Below are positions 20,324-30,186 of a DNA stretch of 64,000 bases, piece by piece. A program made the translations under genes and the position numbers. This stretch comes from a bacterium. Its GTDB lineage: Bacteria > SAR324 > XYD2-FULL-50-16 > G965216635. The notes under the pieces are model-generated. The model saw only the letters and a program-made list of their open reading frames with translations. It did not search any database and was not told the origin of the DNA. The stretch lies in the NCBI GenBank assembly GCA_965216635.1, contig OZ244188.1, positions 448,001-512,000 of the forward strand, read 5' to 3'. The number at the start of each line of letters is the position of its first letter. Positions within the stretch are counted from its first letter, which is position 1.

Positions 20324-21252
20324 TTTTTTAATTGTAACGACTCTTTGGCTATGTTGTATAGAAAAGAATCGCCCTTAATATTAATGTCTTCTCCTTTTTT
20401 GATAAATAAGAAAGGCATTTGCGATTGCAATGTTTTTGCTGTAGGTAGATAGAGCATTTCTTGACTCCTGATTTCAATCTTTTCAGATTGAATTACAACA
20501 TTACCTTTGAAATGCAATTTATTTTTTTCCAAAAATCCCTCGTCTGCTTGCAATTCGCTTGTTTCTAGTTGGGCTATTATATTACCTTTGAAATGAAATT
20601 TATTTTTTTCCAAAAATCCCTCGTCTGCTCGCAATTTGCTTGTTTCTAGTTGGGCTATTATATTACCTTTGAAATGAAATTTATTTTTTTCCAAAAATCC
20701 CTCGTCTGCTTGTAGAGTATTTTTTCCAAACTGAATCATTATTTTTTTGGGAAAAACAACCTTGTTCTTTTTAAGTAAGGCGTCTTTGCTGGTAAGTTTG
20801 ATTGCTTTTCTACTAGCACCAGTTTGTTCTTTATTATTTATAATATAAAAATCTCCCTGCAAGCGAGTCTCTTTTTTATCCAGTTGGATATTTATTTTTT
20901 TCGCTAGCAGTAGATAATTTTCCCACTCTCCTCGTATGTTTTTAAATAGTTCTAAATTTTTATCTTCTAATAGAGCTTGTTGTGCTTGTATAGACCACCC
21001 TTCTCGGATAGAAAATTCAGGCATTTGAATGAAATATTTTTTTTTATTTTTATCCAATACTTTTGCAGAATTTGCTTTTAAAAAATACTGATTATCGCCG
21101 AGTAATATCTGAAAATCTATTTCTTTGGCTTGCCAGAACTGATGGTTTTGAGAGGATGAATTTTCTACTATTTTGTTTTTGGTTTTTTCATAAAATCCAA
21201 AGTAATAAAAGAGAAAAACAGCTAAAATAATAAAAAAAACTTTAAATAACAT
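20320..21252 (-). CDS. LptC/OstA-like beta-jellyroll protein with an N-terminal TM anchor
   Basis: TM anchor and repeated LxADEG...HFKGN strands; 81-bp tandem repeat at 20501-20712. Confidence 0.5.
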   Translation of the reverse strand: MLFKVFFIILAVFLFYYFGFYEKTKNKIVENSSSQNHQFWQAKEIDFQILLGDNQYFLKANSAKVLDKNKKKYFIQMPEFSIREGWSIQAQQALLEDKNLELFKNIRGEWENYLLLAKKINIQLDKKETRLQGDFYIINNKEQTGASRKAIKLTSKDALLKKNKVVFPKKIMIQFGKNTLQADEGFLEKNKFHFKGNIIAQLETSKLRADEGFLEKNKFHFKGNIIAQLETSELQADEGFLEKNKLHFKGNVVIQSEKIEIRSQEMLYLPTAKTLQSQMPFLFIKKGEDINIKGDSFLYNIAKESLQLKK

Positions 21253-21271
21253 GTATTTTGAGAGAAAACTT

Positions 21272-21409
21272 TAGACCTTTAAATTTGCGTTATGTGACGG
21301 CTAGACAAGGCAAAAAAATTTTGGGTCGCAGGAATACTCAAGTATTTCAAGGGACAAATTTTTTTTTTAACGATGTATAGGCTAAACAGAATGCAAATTC
21401 AAAAGTCTA
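21272..21409. mobile_element. MITE family A copy, reverse orientation
   Basis: TAGACCTTTAAATTTGCG...GCAAATTCAAAAGTCTA. Confidence 0.85.
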
Positions 21410-21414
21410 AAATT

Positions 21415-22170
21415 TTACAAACGAACATCAATACTACTCTTTTGTAAAAATTGTTTCACTTCTTTAATACTAAAAATTCCGTAGTGAAAAACGCTAGCGG
21501 CTAGAATCGCATCCGCTTTACCTTGCAAAACAGCTTCCACAAAATGTTCTAATTTACCACAACCGCCAGAAATAATTACAGGAATAGATAGTTTTTCACT
21601 AATTAACCGAGTGATTTCTAAATCGTAACCATCCTTAGTGCCATCTTTATCCATACTTGTAAGTAAAATTTCTCCAGCGCCTCTGCTTTGCGCCTGCTCT
21701 GCCCATTCTAAAGCGTCCATTTCTGTATCTTTTTTTCCAGCGTGGCTATAGACTCGCCAAGTGTTATTTTTTTTTTTAACATCTATAGCTAGCACAACAC
21801 ATTGAGAACCAAACTGTTCGCTAATTTGATTGATAAGGTTGGGAGTTTGAATAGCTGCAGAATTTATAGAAACCTTATCGGCTCCAGCTTTAATAATTTT
21901 TTCTGCCAGCGTAGCAGAAGATATTCCTCCGCCTATAGTAAAAGGAATAAAAAGTTCTTTAGCAACAGAGCTTGCCAAATCAATAAGAGTGTCTCTATTT
22001 TGATTAGTAGCGGTAATATCTAAAAAAATAAGCTCATCTGCCTGCTGTCTATTGTAGTTTTTTGCTAGTTCTAGGGGGTCTCCTACATTTTTTAAATGAA
22101 CGAAATTTTTTCCTTTTACAACTTTAGCGTCTTTTATATCTAAACAGGGTATGATGCGAATCGGGTGCAT
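21415..22170 (-). CDS. hisF: Imidazole glycerol phosphate synthase cyclase subunit
   Basis: RIIPCLD, FLDITA, LLTSMDKDGT; likely start at ATG 22170 rather than 22323. Confidence 0.95.
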   Translation of the reverse strand: MHPIRIIPCLDIKDAKVVKGKNFVHLKNVGDPLELAKNYNRQQADELIFLDITATNQNRDTLIDLASSVAKELFIPFTIGGGISSATLAEKIIKAGADKVSINSAAIQTPNLINQISEQFGSQCVVLAIDVKKKNNTWRVYSHAGKKDTEMDALEWAEQAQSRGAGEILLTSMDKDGTKDGYDLEITRLISEKLSIPVIISGGCGKLEHFVEAVLQGKADAILAASVFHYGIFSIKEVKQFLQKSSIDVRL

Positions 22171-22187
22171 TCTAGGTTTGAGATAGA

Positions 22188-22796
22188 TTAACTGGAAACA
22201 GCAAGATTGGCAAACCGTTTCAAAAAATCCAGCCCATCTGCTTGTGATTTTTCTGGATGAAATTGAGTTCCCCAAAGATTTTCTTTTTGAATAATACTGA
22301 CTACTTCTTGATCGTAATTGCAAGAAGCAAAAATAATTTTTTTATCTTCTGGTATACAGTGATAAGAATGCACAAAATAGCACCATAAATTTTTCTGGAG
22401 TCTATATGTCTGATGAGGTTTTTTAAAAAATACTTTATTCCAGCCAACCTGTGGGATTTTGTATTTAGAGTGAAGCTTTACCACCTTTCCTTTTAAGACT
22501 CCCAAGCCTTGATGTATTCCTTTCTCTTCTCCCCATTCAAAAAGTATTTGCATCCCCACACAAATTCCAAGCAATGCTTTGCCTTGTTTTATTTTTTCTA
22601 CAATAATTTTATCAAAGTGGTATTCTTTAATCTTGTGCATACAATAACCAAAAGAGCCCACCCCCGGCAAAACAATTTTCTCTGCTGTTTTCAGCTCTTC
22701 GGGTTTATCAATAATTTTAGATGAAAAACCCAAAGTAGAAAAAGCGTTTTGGATGTTTTGTAAATTTCCTACTCTGTAATTGACTATACTAATCAT
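22188..22796 (-). CDS. hisH: Imidazole glycerol phosphate synthase glutaminase subunit
   Basis: LPGVGSF, LGICVGMQ, QFHPEKS. Confidence 0.95.
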   Translation of the reverse strand: MISIVNYRVGNLQNIQNAFSTLGFSSKIIDKPEELKTAEKIVLPGVGSFGYCMHKIKEYHFDKIIVEKIKQGKALLGICVGMQILFEWGEEKGIHQGLGVLKGKVVKLHSKYKIPQVGWNKVFFKKPHQTYRLQKNLWCYFVHSYHCIPEDKKIIFASCNYDQEVVSIIQKENLWGTQFHPEKSQADGLDFLKRFANLAVSS

Positions 22797-22969
22797 AATT
22801 GGCTGCTCCAGTAACTAAGGCTCTCTTTTATGCTTAAAGAATAGAGTAGATAGCAAAATTTGTCATCTAAAAAAGAGTAGTTGTTTTTTCTTGCTAGATT
22901 TTTCGTTTTTTTTATTTTATGCTTTAAAAGATTTGTTAATATTTTTTCTTTTTAATTTTTTGATAAGCT

Positions 22970-23719
22970 ATGTTGTCTGATGAAAAATTAAAGCTTCTTC
23001 AATCTGTGCCTAAAGCAGTTCGCCCCTACCATATTGGAATTATTATGGATGGCAATAGTAGGTGGGCAAAACAAAAATCACTGCCACTAGTTCAAGGACA
23101 CCGAGAGGGAGGAAAGGTGGTAGAGAAAATTATTGATGCCAGCGTTTTTTTTGAAATCCCAGTATTGACCCTTTATGCTTTTTCTACAGAAAATTGGAAT
23201 CGTCCCCAAAGAGAAATAAAAAATTTGATGCAGATTTTACGAGAATATTTGAAAAAGCACGCACCTAAAGTTATTGAGAAAAATATTCGCTTTAGAACTT
23301 TAGGAGACATTTCTATTTTAGACGAAGATATTCGTGAAAATTTATCTCTGATAGAAAAGCAATCATTAAATAAAACAAAAATGACCCTTTGCTTGGCGAT
23401 TAATTATGGAGGTAGAGATGAGATTGTGAGAGCAACTAAAAAAATTTTACAAGATTTTAAATTAGGAAAAATAGATTCTACCAAAATCACAGAAAGTAAG
23501 CTATCCTGCTATTTAGATACACAATCATTGCCAGAAGTAGATTTGATTATTCGCACAGGAGATAAACAAAGGATTTCTAATTTTTTGCTTTGGCAAAGTG
23601 CTTATGCAGAATTTTATTTTACAAAAACCCTTTGGCCCAATTTTGATTTTAAAGAATTTCATAATGCCTTGTTGAATTTTTCTCAAAGAAAAAGAACTAA
23701 GGGAAGGAGAGAAATATAA
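22970..23719 (+). CDS. uppS: Undecaprenyl diphosphate synthase
   Basis: HIGIIMDGNSRWA, YAFSTENW, NYGGRDE, RISNFLLWQ. Confidence 0.96.
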   Translation: MLSDEKLKLLQSVPKAVRPYHIGIIMDGNSRWAKQKSLPLVQGHREGGKVVEKIIDASVFFEIPVLTLYAFSTENWNRPQREIKNLMQILREYLKKHAPKVIEKNIRFRTLGDISILDEDIRENLSLIEKQSLNKTKMTLCLAINYGGRDEIVRATKKILQDFKLGKIDSTKITESKLSCYLDTQSLPEVDLIIRTGDKQRISNFLLWQSAYAEFYFTKTLWPNFDFKEFHNALLNFSQRKRTKGRREI

Positions 23720-23729
23720 GATACTAGAC

Positions 23730-24077
23730 TGGACTTTTGAATTTGCCAAATAGGACAAAACTAGCTGTTTAGCCAAAACAAGCTTATTGCTTGACGCGCT
23801 GTTTAGCCAAAACAAGCTTATTGCTTGACGCTTTTTATGGGCTATTTGTGAAACAGCCAAAGGGCTGTTTCACAGTTCATTCTTGCTTAATGCAAATTTT
23901 GGCGTGCCCTGATCCCATTATTGTGCACTACGCCATTAAAAAAATTTTTAACTTTTGCCATTTGTGAATAAATGCCCTTCGCTATTTTAGCGAGCTAAAA
24001 AAAATTTTCGCACCTGTTCTAACCATTTGGCTAGCCGTCACAGCTAGTTTGTCTTATTTGGCAAATTCAAAGGTCTA
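23730..24077. mobile_element. MITE family A carrying a nested two-hairpin element and a 34-bp tandem duplication
   Basis: TIRs GACTTTTGAATTTGCCAAATAGGACAA...TTGTCTTATTTGGCAAATTCAAAGGTC; insert at about 23817-23932. Confidence 0.85.
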
Positions 24078-24087
24078 TAATATAAAA

Positions 24088-24912
24088 ATGTTTTCAAATC
24101 TCAAAAAATTTCCGATTGTCATTCAAAGAATGATAGTAGCTACTCTTATTGGTGGTATTGGTATTCTGTTGTTACTTTATAGTCCGAAATCTTACTTTAT
24201 TGGGTTTGTGGCTGTTTTGTTTTGCATTATACTCTTTGAATATTCCCATGTTTTGACGCAGAGAAAAATTTCTAATATGTTTTTTTTATTAATAATTTTT
24301 GCAGGGTTAAGGTTGCGTAATTTTTTCCCCAATATTGATAATTTTTTTTCTTGGTTTAACACACAAGTCTTGATTGCGATTTTTATTTTGCTAGTGGCGA
24401 CCTTTTTCAGAAAAGGTAAATTTTCATTTTTGTTTTGGTTTTTGCTAGCCATTGTTTGGATAATTTTGCCCTTTTTAGTTCTGGTGAAACTTACTTTTTT
24501 TGCAGATGCAGAAAAACTGATTTTATTTTTGGTTGTGATCACTACAGTCCACGATTCTTTAGCTTATTTTGTTGGTAAAAAATGGGGCACAAAAAAACTA
24601 ATCCCAACTATCAGTCCAAATAAAACCTACCTTGGTAGTTTTGCTGGTTTATCGGGAGCGGTTTTATCGGCTCTAATTTTTAATGAGGTTTGGCAACTTT
24701 TTGAATTATCACAGGTTCTTATTTTTGCTGTAGCTTTGGGAATATCCGCTCAAATAGGCGATCTTTTGGAATCCAAGTTTAAAAGAAACTTAAATATAAA
24801 AGATACTGGTTCTATTTTACTAGCCCACGGAGGTATGTTGGATAGGGCGGATGCTCTTTTGTTTTGTATTCCCGTTTATTATTATTTGCTCTATTTTTTT
24901 GGCTACCATTAA
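24088..24912 (+). CDS. cdsA: Phosphatidate cytidylyltransferase
   Basis: DSLAYFVG, ISPNKT, GDLLESKFKR, HGGMLDRAD; the track start lies inside the MITE, so ATG 24088 is preferred. Confidence 0.93.
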   Translation: MFSNLKKFPIVIQRMIVATLIGGIGILLLLYSPKSYFIGFVAVLFCIILFEYSHVLTQRKISNMFFLLIIFAGLRLRNFFPNIDNFFSWFNTQVLIAIFILLVATFFRKGKFSFLFWFLLAIVWIILPFLVLVKLTFFADAEKLILFLVVITTVHDSLAYFVGKKWGTKKLIPTISPNKTYLGSFAGLSGAVLSALIFNEVWQLFELSQVLIFAVALGISAQIGDLLESKFKRNLNIKDTGSILLAHGGMLDRADALLFCIPVYYYLLYFFGYH

Positions 24913-24914
24913 AG

Positions 24915-26144
24915 ATGAAAAAAATTGCCCTACTAGGCAGCACAGGTTCTATTGGAAAATCGGTTTTAGATATAGTCCAAAAACAAGCTAGTTTTTTTAG
25001 TATTTGTGGCTTAAGTTGCTATAAAAATACAGCAGAACTAAAAAAACAGATTGCAATGTTTTCGCCTGCTGCTTTTTGTGTAGTCAAAGAAGATTTGTCC
25101 TCTGATTTAGAACAGTTAGCCGCAGAATCTGCAAAAAAACTATTCAAAGGGATGTCGGGTTTAAATGAGATGTTAAAACAGCTTTCTCCCGATTTGGTTG
25201 TTTGTGCGATTAGCGGATACGAGGGTATTTATTCTATGTTAGAAGCCATTCGTTTAAAAATACCCGTAGCAGTTGCCAATAAAGAGCCTTTAGTGATAGC
25301 AGGAAAAATAGTTATGGCGGAAGCAAAAAAAAATTCAGTACCTATTTATCCGATAGATTCCGAGCATAATGCTATCTTTCAATGTTTGCGTGGGCAAAAT
25401 TCACAAAGAGAAGATACACAGTTTGACTTATTTGGTAAGCACCGCAATAAAAAAAGCTGCAAAAAAATCCGCAGAATTATATTAACAGCTTCAGGTGGTC
25501 CTTTTTGGAATACAAAAAAAGAAAATTTTACAAAAATTCAAAAAAAACAAGCACTCCAACATCCTAAATGGAGTATGGGAGAAAAAAACACTGTAGATTC
25601 TGCGAGTATGATGAATAAAGCACTAGAAGTTGTAGAAGCTCACTGGCTTTTTGGTTTGGATTTTTCACAAATAGAAGTTTGGGTGCACCCCCAATCTATT
25701 CTGCACGGTATAGTGCAATTTAGAGATGGATCTTCTTTAGCTCAAATGGCACTTCCCGATATGAGGGTTGCTATTGCCTATTGCTTAGGTTTAGATTTAA
25801 GAGTAGAATCTTCTGTAATGGATCTAGACCTTACAAAAATAGGTAAGCTGGAATTTTTCAAACTAGATGAAAAAAAATTTCCCGCTGTCCGATTTATTAA
25901 AGAATGTTTTAGCTGGGGAGAAGGATTTGCATCGGCTATGAATGGAGTCAACGAAGCTTTGGTGAAATTATTTTTAGAGGAAAAAATTCGTTTTTGCGAA
26001 ATTTTGGATTTTTTGGCAAGATGGGTAGAAGAAGCAAGAAATTTGCAGAGCAAGGCAAAATGCCCTTCCTTTTTGAAACAAACGAGAAGTTTAGAGGATG
26101 CTTTGGAGGCTAATCAATGGGGGATAGATTCAATAAAAAAATAA
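24915..26144 (+). CDS. dxr: 1-deoxy-D-xylulose 5-phosphate reductoisomerase
   Basis: LLGSTGSIG, ANKE, PIDSEH, TASGGPF, HPKWSMG. Confidence 0.95.
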   Translation: MKKIALLGSTGSIGKSVLDIVQKQASFFSICGLSCYKNTAELKKQIAMFSPAAFCVVKEDLSSDLEQLAAESAKKLFKGMSGLNEMLKQLSPDLVVCAISGYEGIYSMLEAIRLKIPVAVANKEPLVIAGKIVMAEAKKNSVPIYPIDSEHNAIFQCLRGQNSQREDTQFDLFGKHRNKKSCKKIRRIILTASGGPFWNTKKENFTKIQKKQALQHPKWSMGEKNTVDSASMMNKALEVVEAHWLFGLDFSQIEVWVHPQSILHGIVQFRDGSSLAQMALPDMRVAIAYCLGLDLRVESSVMDLDLTKIGKLEFFKLDEKKFPAVRFIKECFSWGEGFASAMNGVNEALVKLFLEEKIRFCEILDFLARWVEEARNLQSKAKCPSFLKQTRSLEDALEANQWGIDSIKK

Positions 26145-26145
26145 A

Positions 26146-26201
26146 ACATTTGCATTGGCTAAACAGCTAGTTTTGTCCTATTTGGCAAATTCAAAAGTCT
26201 A
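26146..26201. mobile_element. MITE family A, internally deleted (right arm)
   Basis: GGCTAAACAGCTAGTTTTGTCCTATTTGGCAAATTCAAAAGTCTA. Confidence 0.8.
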
Positions 26202-26228
26202 TAATATAAATAAAAATAACAACAAATA

Positions 26229-27497
26229 ATGAATGTAATAATTATAATTTTAGTATTTCAATTCTTAATATTGATCCACGAATTGGGGCATTTTTTAGCT
26301 GCCAAGAGGTTCGGAGTAGCTGTAGAAGAATTTTCTTTGGGTATACCTCCTAGGATTATATCCAAAAAAGTAAAAGATACTTTGTATAGTCTCTCCTTAT
26401 TTCCCATAGGTGGCTACATTAAAATGAAAGGTTTTGCCGAAAATGAGGACACCCGTGAAAAAAATAATTACGCTGCAAAAACCATCAGTCAAAGATTTAC
26501 TATTATTTTTGCAGGTCCTTTTTTCAATTTAGTTTTAAGCTTTATTTTGTTATGGCTAGTTTTTTTTGTAGGTATAAAACGGCCTCTAATTGTTTCTATT
26601 GCTCCTACGATAGGCAAACTTTCTACTGAATCTGTAGCTTTTCAAAAAGGTATTAAAAAAGGAGATACAATCGTAGAAGTCAATAAAAAAGCTGTAAAAA
26701 CCTGGAACGAAGTCAATCAGAGCCTTGGGATAGTTTCTGAAAAGCACCCCGTCTCTTTTGTAGTAGAAAGAGCTGGAAACTATCTAGATTTTCAATTTGA
26801 AAACCAAACGAATTTAGATTTAATTCCTTTTCTACCTCCGCTTGTAGGAAGCGTGCAAAAAAATAGCCCCGCTTTTATCGCAGGCTTAAAGTCTGGAGAT
26901 AGAATTTTGAGTATTGACGGTAATATTGTAGAAGAATGGGCGGATATTTCTAGTTTCTTGCAGATAAGCAAAGGCTCCACAATCAGTATTCTTTTAGAAA
27001 ATCAAGGAAGCAAAAGAGAAGTGCAGATTTCACCCATTCAAAATAAGGAAAGTGGACGCTGGTTGCTTGGAATTTCTTTACCGACTTACCGCGCAAGTTT
27101 TTCTTTTTGGGGTTCTGCCAAAGAAAGCGCATTAGAAATCACAAACAATGTAAAGACTACCTTTTGGTTTTTAGGAAAATTGATTACAGGCAAATCTTCT
27201 AGCGACGCTGTAGGAGGTCCCGTAATGATAATATCTGTTATGCAAAAAAGCATAGAGCTAGGGTTTTTGACGCTTGTTTATATTACTGCTTTAATTAGTC
27301 TGCAACTGGCTATTTTTAATTTACTTCCTATTCCCGCACTAGACGGAGGCTATCTTTTTTTACTAGCCATTGAAAAAATAAGAGGCAAACCGATTCCTTT
27401 AAAATACCGCATCAAGTTTCAGCTATTGGGTTTCTTGTTCCTTATTACTTTAATTATTTTTGTGACTACTAATGATATTTTAAGGCTACTGAATTAA
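26229..27497 (+). CDS. rseP: RIP metalloprotease with PDZ domains
   Basis: IHELGH, AGPFFN, NLLPIPALDGG. Confidence 0.95.
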   Translation: MNVIIIILVFQFLILIHELGHFLAAKRFGVAVEEFSLGIPPRIISKKVKDTLYSLSLFPIGGYIKMKGFAENEDTREKNNYAAKTISQRFTIIFAGPFFNLVLSFILLWLVFFVGIKRPLIVSIAPTIGKLSTESVAFQKGIKKGDTIVEVNKKAVKTWNEVNQSLGIVSEKHPVSFVVERAGNYLDFQFENQTNLDLIPFLPPLVGSVQKNSPAFIAGLKSGDRILSIDGNIVEEWADISSFLQISKGSTISILLENQGSKREVQISPIQNKESGRWLLGISLPTYRASFSFWGSAKESALEITNNVKTTFWFLGKLITGKSSSDAVGGPVMIISVMQKSIELGFLTLVYITALISLQLAIFNLLPIPALDGGYLFLLAIEKIRGKPIPLKYRIKFQLLGFLFLITLIIFVTTNDILRLLN

Positions 27498-27536
27498 AAA
27501 GCTATTTTTGGTTTCAGGGCATTCAAATAAAAAACT

Positions 27537-27710
27537 ATGAGTATAGGTTTAATTCTTGTTGTGATTCTTATCGCTTCAATGGTGGGGATGTTCGGTTACT
27601 TTACATACCTTGCAGGTATTACTTTAAGAGATACAGAAGACGCCGAACCGAAAATGGTAGTCAAAAAACAAAATAAGGTAAAAACATCTACAGTCGCAAA
27701 AAAGTTTTAG
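27537..27710 (+). CDS. Small single-pass membrane protein (57 aa), not in the ORF track
   Basis: MSIGLILVVILIASMVGMFGYFTYLAGITLRDTEDAEPKMVVKKQNKVKTSTVAKKF. Confidence 0.5.
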   Translation: MSIGLILVVILIASMVGMFGYFTYLAGITLRDTEDAEPKMVVKKQNKVKTSTVAKKF

Positions 27711-27716
27711 GCAAAA

Positions 27717-27756
27717 AGCTTGTTGGCTAAACTAGATAAGCAAATTCAAAAGTCTA
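27717..27756. mobile_element. MITE family A remnant
   Basis: TTGGCTAAACTAGATAAGCAAATTCAAAAGTCTA, reverse of the 33644-33689 type. Confidence 0.7.
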
Positions 27757-27797
27757 AAAGATAGAAAACCCAGTATTAGTTTAATAAAAAAATAATC

Positions 27798-28052
27798 ATG
27801 AGCAAAAATTCAGCTACTTTTGTTACTAGTGAAGAGAAAGTATCAAAATTTATAAATAACCCTAGTACAAAGAACTTTTATTCTGTAGTTAATAATATAA
27901 AAGATCATGCAGTTAAAGAAAAAATGGACAGCTTTATGTTTAATGCTCTTATAGAGCAAGCAACTGGTATTTATGTTGATAATATTATTAACAAACAATT
28001 AAAAAAAACCTTAAATAGTAATTATTTTAATAATTGCTTTAAGTTATTTTGA
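27798..28052 (+). CDS. Hypothetical protein
   Basis: 84-aa ORF whose stop coincides with the MITE edge; no family recognised. Confidence 0.4.
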   Translation: MSKNSATFVTSEEKVSKFINNPSTKNFYSVVNNIKDHAVKEKMDSFMFNALIEQATGIYVDNIINKQLKKTLNSNYFNNCFKLF

Positions 28053-28138
28053 GAGCTTTGAATTTGCCAAATAGAACAAAACTAGCTGTGACGGCTAGCC
28101 GAATGGTTAGGAGAGGTGCGAAAAATTTTTTTAGCTGG
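28052..28138. mobile_element. MITE family A, half copy
   Basis: CTTTGAATTTGCCAAATAGAACAAAACTAGCTGTGACGGCTAGCC...TTAGCT. Confidence 0.8.
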
Positions 28139-28328
28139 CGTGTAATAATGGAATTGTTCTTAATTCTGTAGTTGTATATTTTGTCTCTTTTTTCTCATTT
28201 TCTTGTAGATTGTCTAAAAGAGACTGGTTTTTTTTACAATAGTCCATAGCTTTTTTGACTCTTCCGATTTTTATTTCTAAGTCTTCGCTGATTTCCTGCA
28301 TTCTGTTTGTATCAATTTTATTTTTCAT
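28131..28328 (-). CDS. Hypothetical coiled-coil-like protein ending inside a MITE
   Basis: 65-aa ORF. Confidence 0.35.
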   Translation of the reverse strand: MKNKIDTNRMQEISEDLEIKIGRVKKAMDYCKKNQSLLDNLQENEKKETKYTTTELRTIPLLHAS

Positions 28329-28497
28329 TATAAATTTTGAAAATTAAGGTTGTTTAATAACAAGTATATTATAAAAATAGATTTTTTCACTAAAATTATT
28401 ATTTAGAAAATAAAAAATTACTATTTTTCACAAAATCTCTTTTAAAAGTCAAAATATTCCAATATTTTTTGTGTTTTTTTCTGTAAATTGGGATTTT

Positions 28498-29979
28498 TTA
28501 AGAGGAAACTAGGTAGTCGTCTAATCTTTTAATACATTTCTCTTTACCAAAAATTTCTGCTATTAGAGGAAGTTCTGGTCCGTGCTCTTGCAATGTTAAA
28601 GCAAGACGTACAGGCATCCAAAGCTCTTTTCCTTTCACAGAAGTTTGCTCTTGAGTATTTTTCATTGTTTGCTTAAAAGCCATCTCGTCCCATTTTTCTA
28701 CAGACTGAATTTGCTGAATTAAGCATTGTAAAATTTTTTGTATTTTTGCTTCTTGGGGTTGAGCTAAAGCAGTTTTTTCTTGCTGGTCTTTTTCTTGCTG
28801 GTCTTTTTCTTGCTGGTCTTTTTCCCCACTTTTTTTATCTTTGTCGTCAAAGATAGCCAAAATTTTATTGATTTCATTCAGCTGCTGAAGAGAATTTCTG
28901 GTTGCCTTTATCATTTTTTGTAGCAGAATTGTGTCAGTTGCCCTATATTTTTTGTCTAAAAAAGGATGCAATTTTTCTAATAATTCTGAGTCGCTGAGTT
29001 TTTTAAAATATTGTTGATTCATCCAGCGCATTTTTTTTATATCAAAAATAGCTCCCGATTTACTCAGTTTTTCTATAGCAAAATTTTCTATCAATTCAGT
29101 TAGAGAAAAAATCTCTTGCTTAGTGCCAGGGTTCCAACCAAGTAAAGCAATAAAGTTTAAGATACATTCGCTTAAAAAACCCTGTTTTAAATAATCACAG
29201 ACCGCCACATCACCGTTTCTTTTGCTTAGTTTTGTTCTATCTTCGGCAAGTAGCAGAGGCAAATGTATGAATTGAGGTGCTTGCCAACCCAAATTTTCGT
29301 AAATTTGCAAGTGTTTTGGCGTAGAAGGAAGCCATTCTTCACCGCGGATCACATGCGAAATTTTCATCAGGTGGTCGTCTACAACGCAAGCCAAGTGGTA
29401 AGTGGGAAAGCCATCGGATTTTAGTAATACTTGTTCGTCCAATTGAGAGGCTTTAAAAAAAACATCTCCGCGTAGTAAATCTGGCACTCGGTAGCTACCC
29501 TTAGAGTAATTAATTTTGAGCCGAACAGTGTGCTGCGTGTTTTTTTGAAGATTTTTTTGGATTTCTGCATCGCTCAATTTACGACAACTACCGTCGTACC
29601 TTGGGGCTATATTTTTTTTTTTCTGCTCTGCTCTCATTTCCTCTAGCCTCTCTGCAGAACAAAAACAACGGTAGGCTGTTTTTTTTAGCAATAATTCGTT
29701 TGCGTATTTTTGGTAAATTTCCAGTCTTTGTGATTGGACATAAGGAGCAAATTCGCCTCCTACTTCAAAAGATTCATCAAATAAAATACCCAAAGCCTTG
29801 AAACTTTCCAAAATCTCTAAATCTGTGCCTTCTTGTTTTCGGGATTGATCTGTATCTTCAATCCGAAGGATAAATTTTCCATTATTTTTTTTGGCAAAGA
29901 GATAACTAAAGAGGGCGGTTCTTAAACCTCCTATGTGTAGCGAGCCAGTGGGACTTGGGGCGAATCGGGTTCGTATCAT
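28498..29979 (-). CDS. gltX: Glutamate-tRNA ligase
   Basis: RTRFAPSPTG, HIGG, LRIEDTD, KLSKR; (EKDQQ)3 insertion at 28774-28824. Confidence 0.96.
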   Translation of the reverse strand: MIRTRFAPSPTGSLHIGGLRTALFSYLFAKKNNGKFILRIEDTDQSRKQEGTDLEILESFKALGILFDESFEVGGEFAPYVQSQRLEIYQKYANELLLKKTAYRCFCSAERLEEMRAEQKKKNIAPRYDGSCRKLSDAEIQKNLQKNTQHTVRLKINYSKGSYRVPDLLRGDVFFKASQLDEQVLLKSDGFPTYHLACVVDDHLMKISHVIRGEEWLPSTPKHLQIYENLGWQAPQFIHLPLLLAEDRTKLSKRNGDVAVCDYLKQGFLSECILNFIALLGWNPGTKQEIFSLTELIENFAIEKLSKSGAIFDIKKMRWMNQQYFKKLSDSELLEKLHPFLDKKYRATDTILLQKMIKATRNSLQQLNEINKILAIFDDKDKKSGEKDQQEKDQQEKDQQEKTALAQPQEAKIQKILQCLIQQIQSVEKWDEMAFKQTMKNTQEQTSVKGKELWMPVRLALTLQEHGPELPLIAEIFGKEKCIKRLDDYLVSS

Positions 29980-30067
29980 TAAAACTTGTATAGTAGAAAA
30001 TAAAATAAATCCTAAGAAAATAAAAAAAACGAATGCATTGCAGGGGACATTTTTTTAGCGGTAGATA

Positions 30068-30120
30068 AAAATGTGTCCCCGTTCTTACAGAATATGTTTG
30101 TGGGGCGGGGACGCATTTTT
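30068..30120. repeat. REP-like GC-rich inverted repeat
   Basis: AAAATGTGTCCCCG...CGGGGACGCATTTT, plus a half site GGGGACATTTTT at about 30043. Confidence 0.6.
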
Positions 30121-30186
30121 TGCTCCTTTGGTGGACTAAGCAACCATTTTGGAAAAAAAACATCTCCTACAGATTTTTAAAAGCCC

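Noticed and set aside
29906..30163. 85-aa ORF upstream of gltX
   Set aside because: Overlaps gltX out of frame and runs through a palindrome; probably spurious
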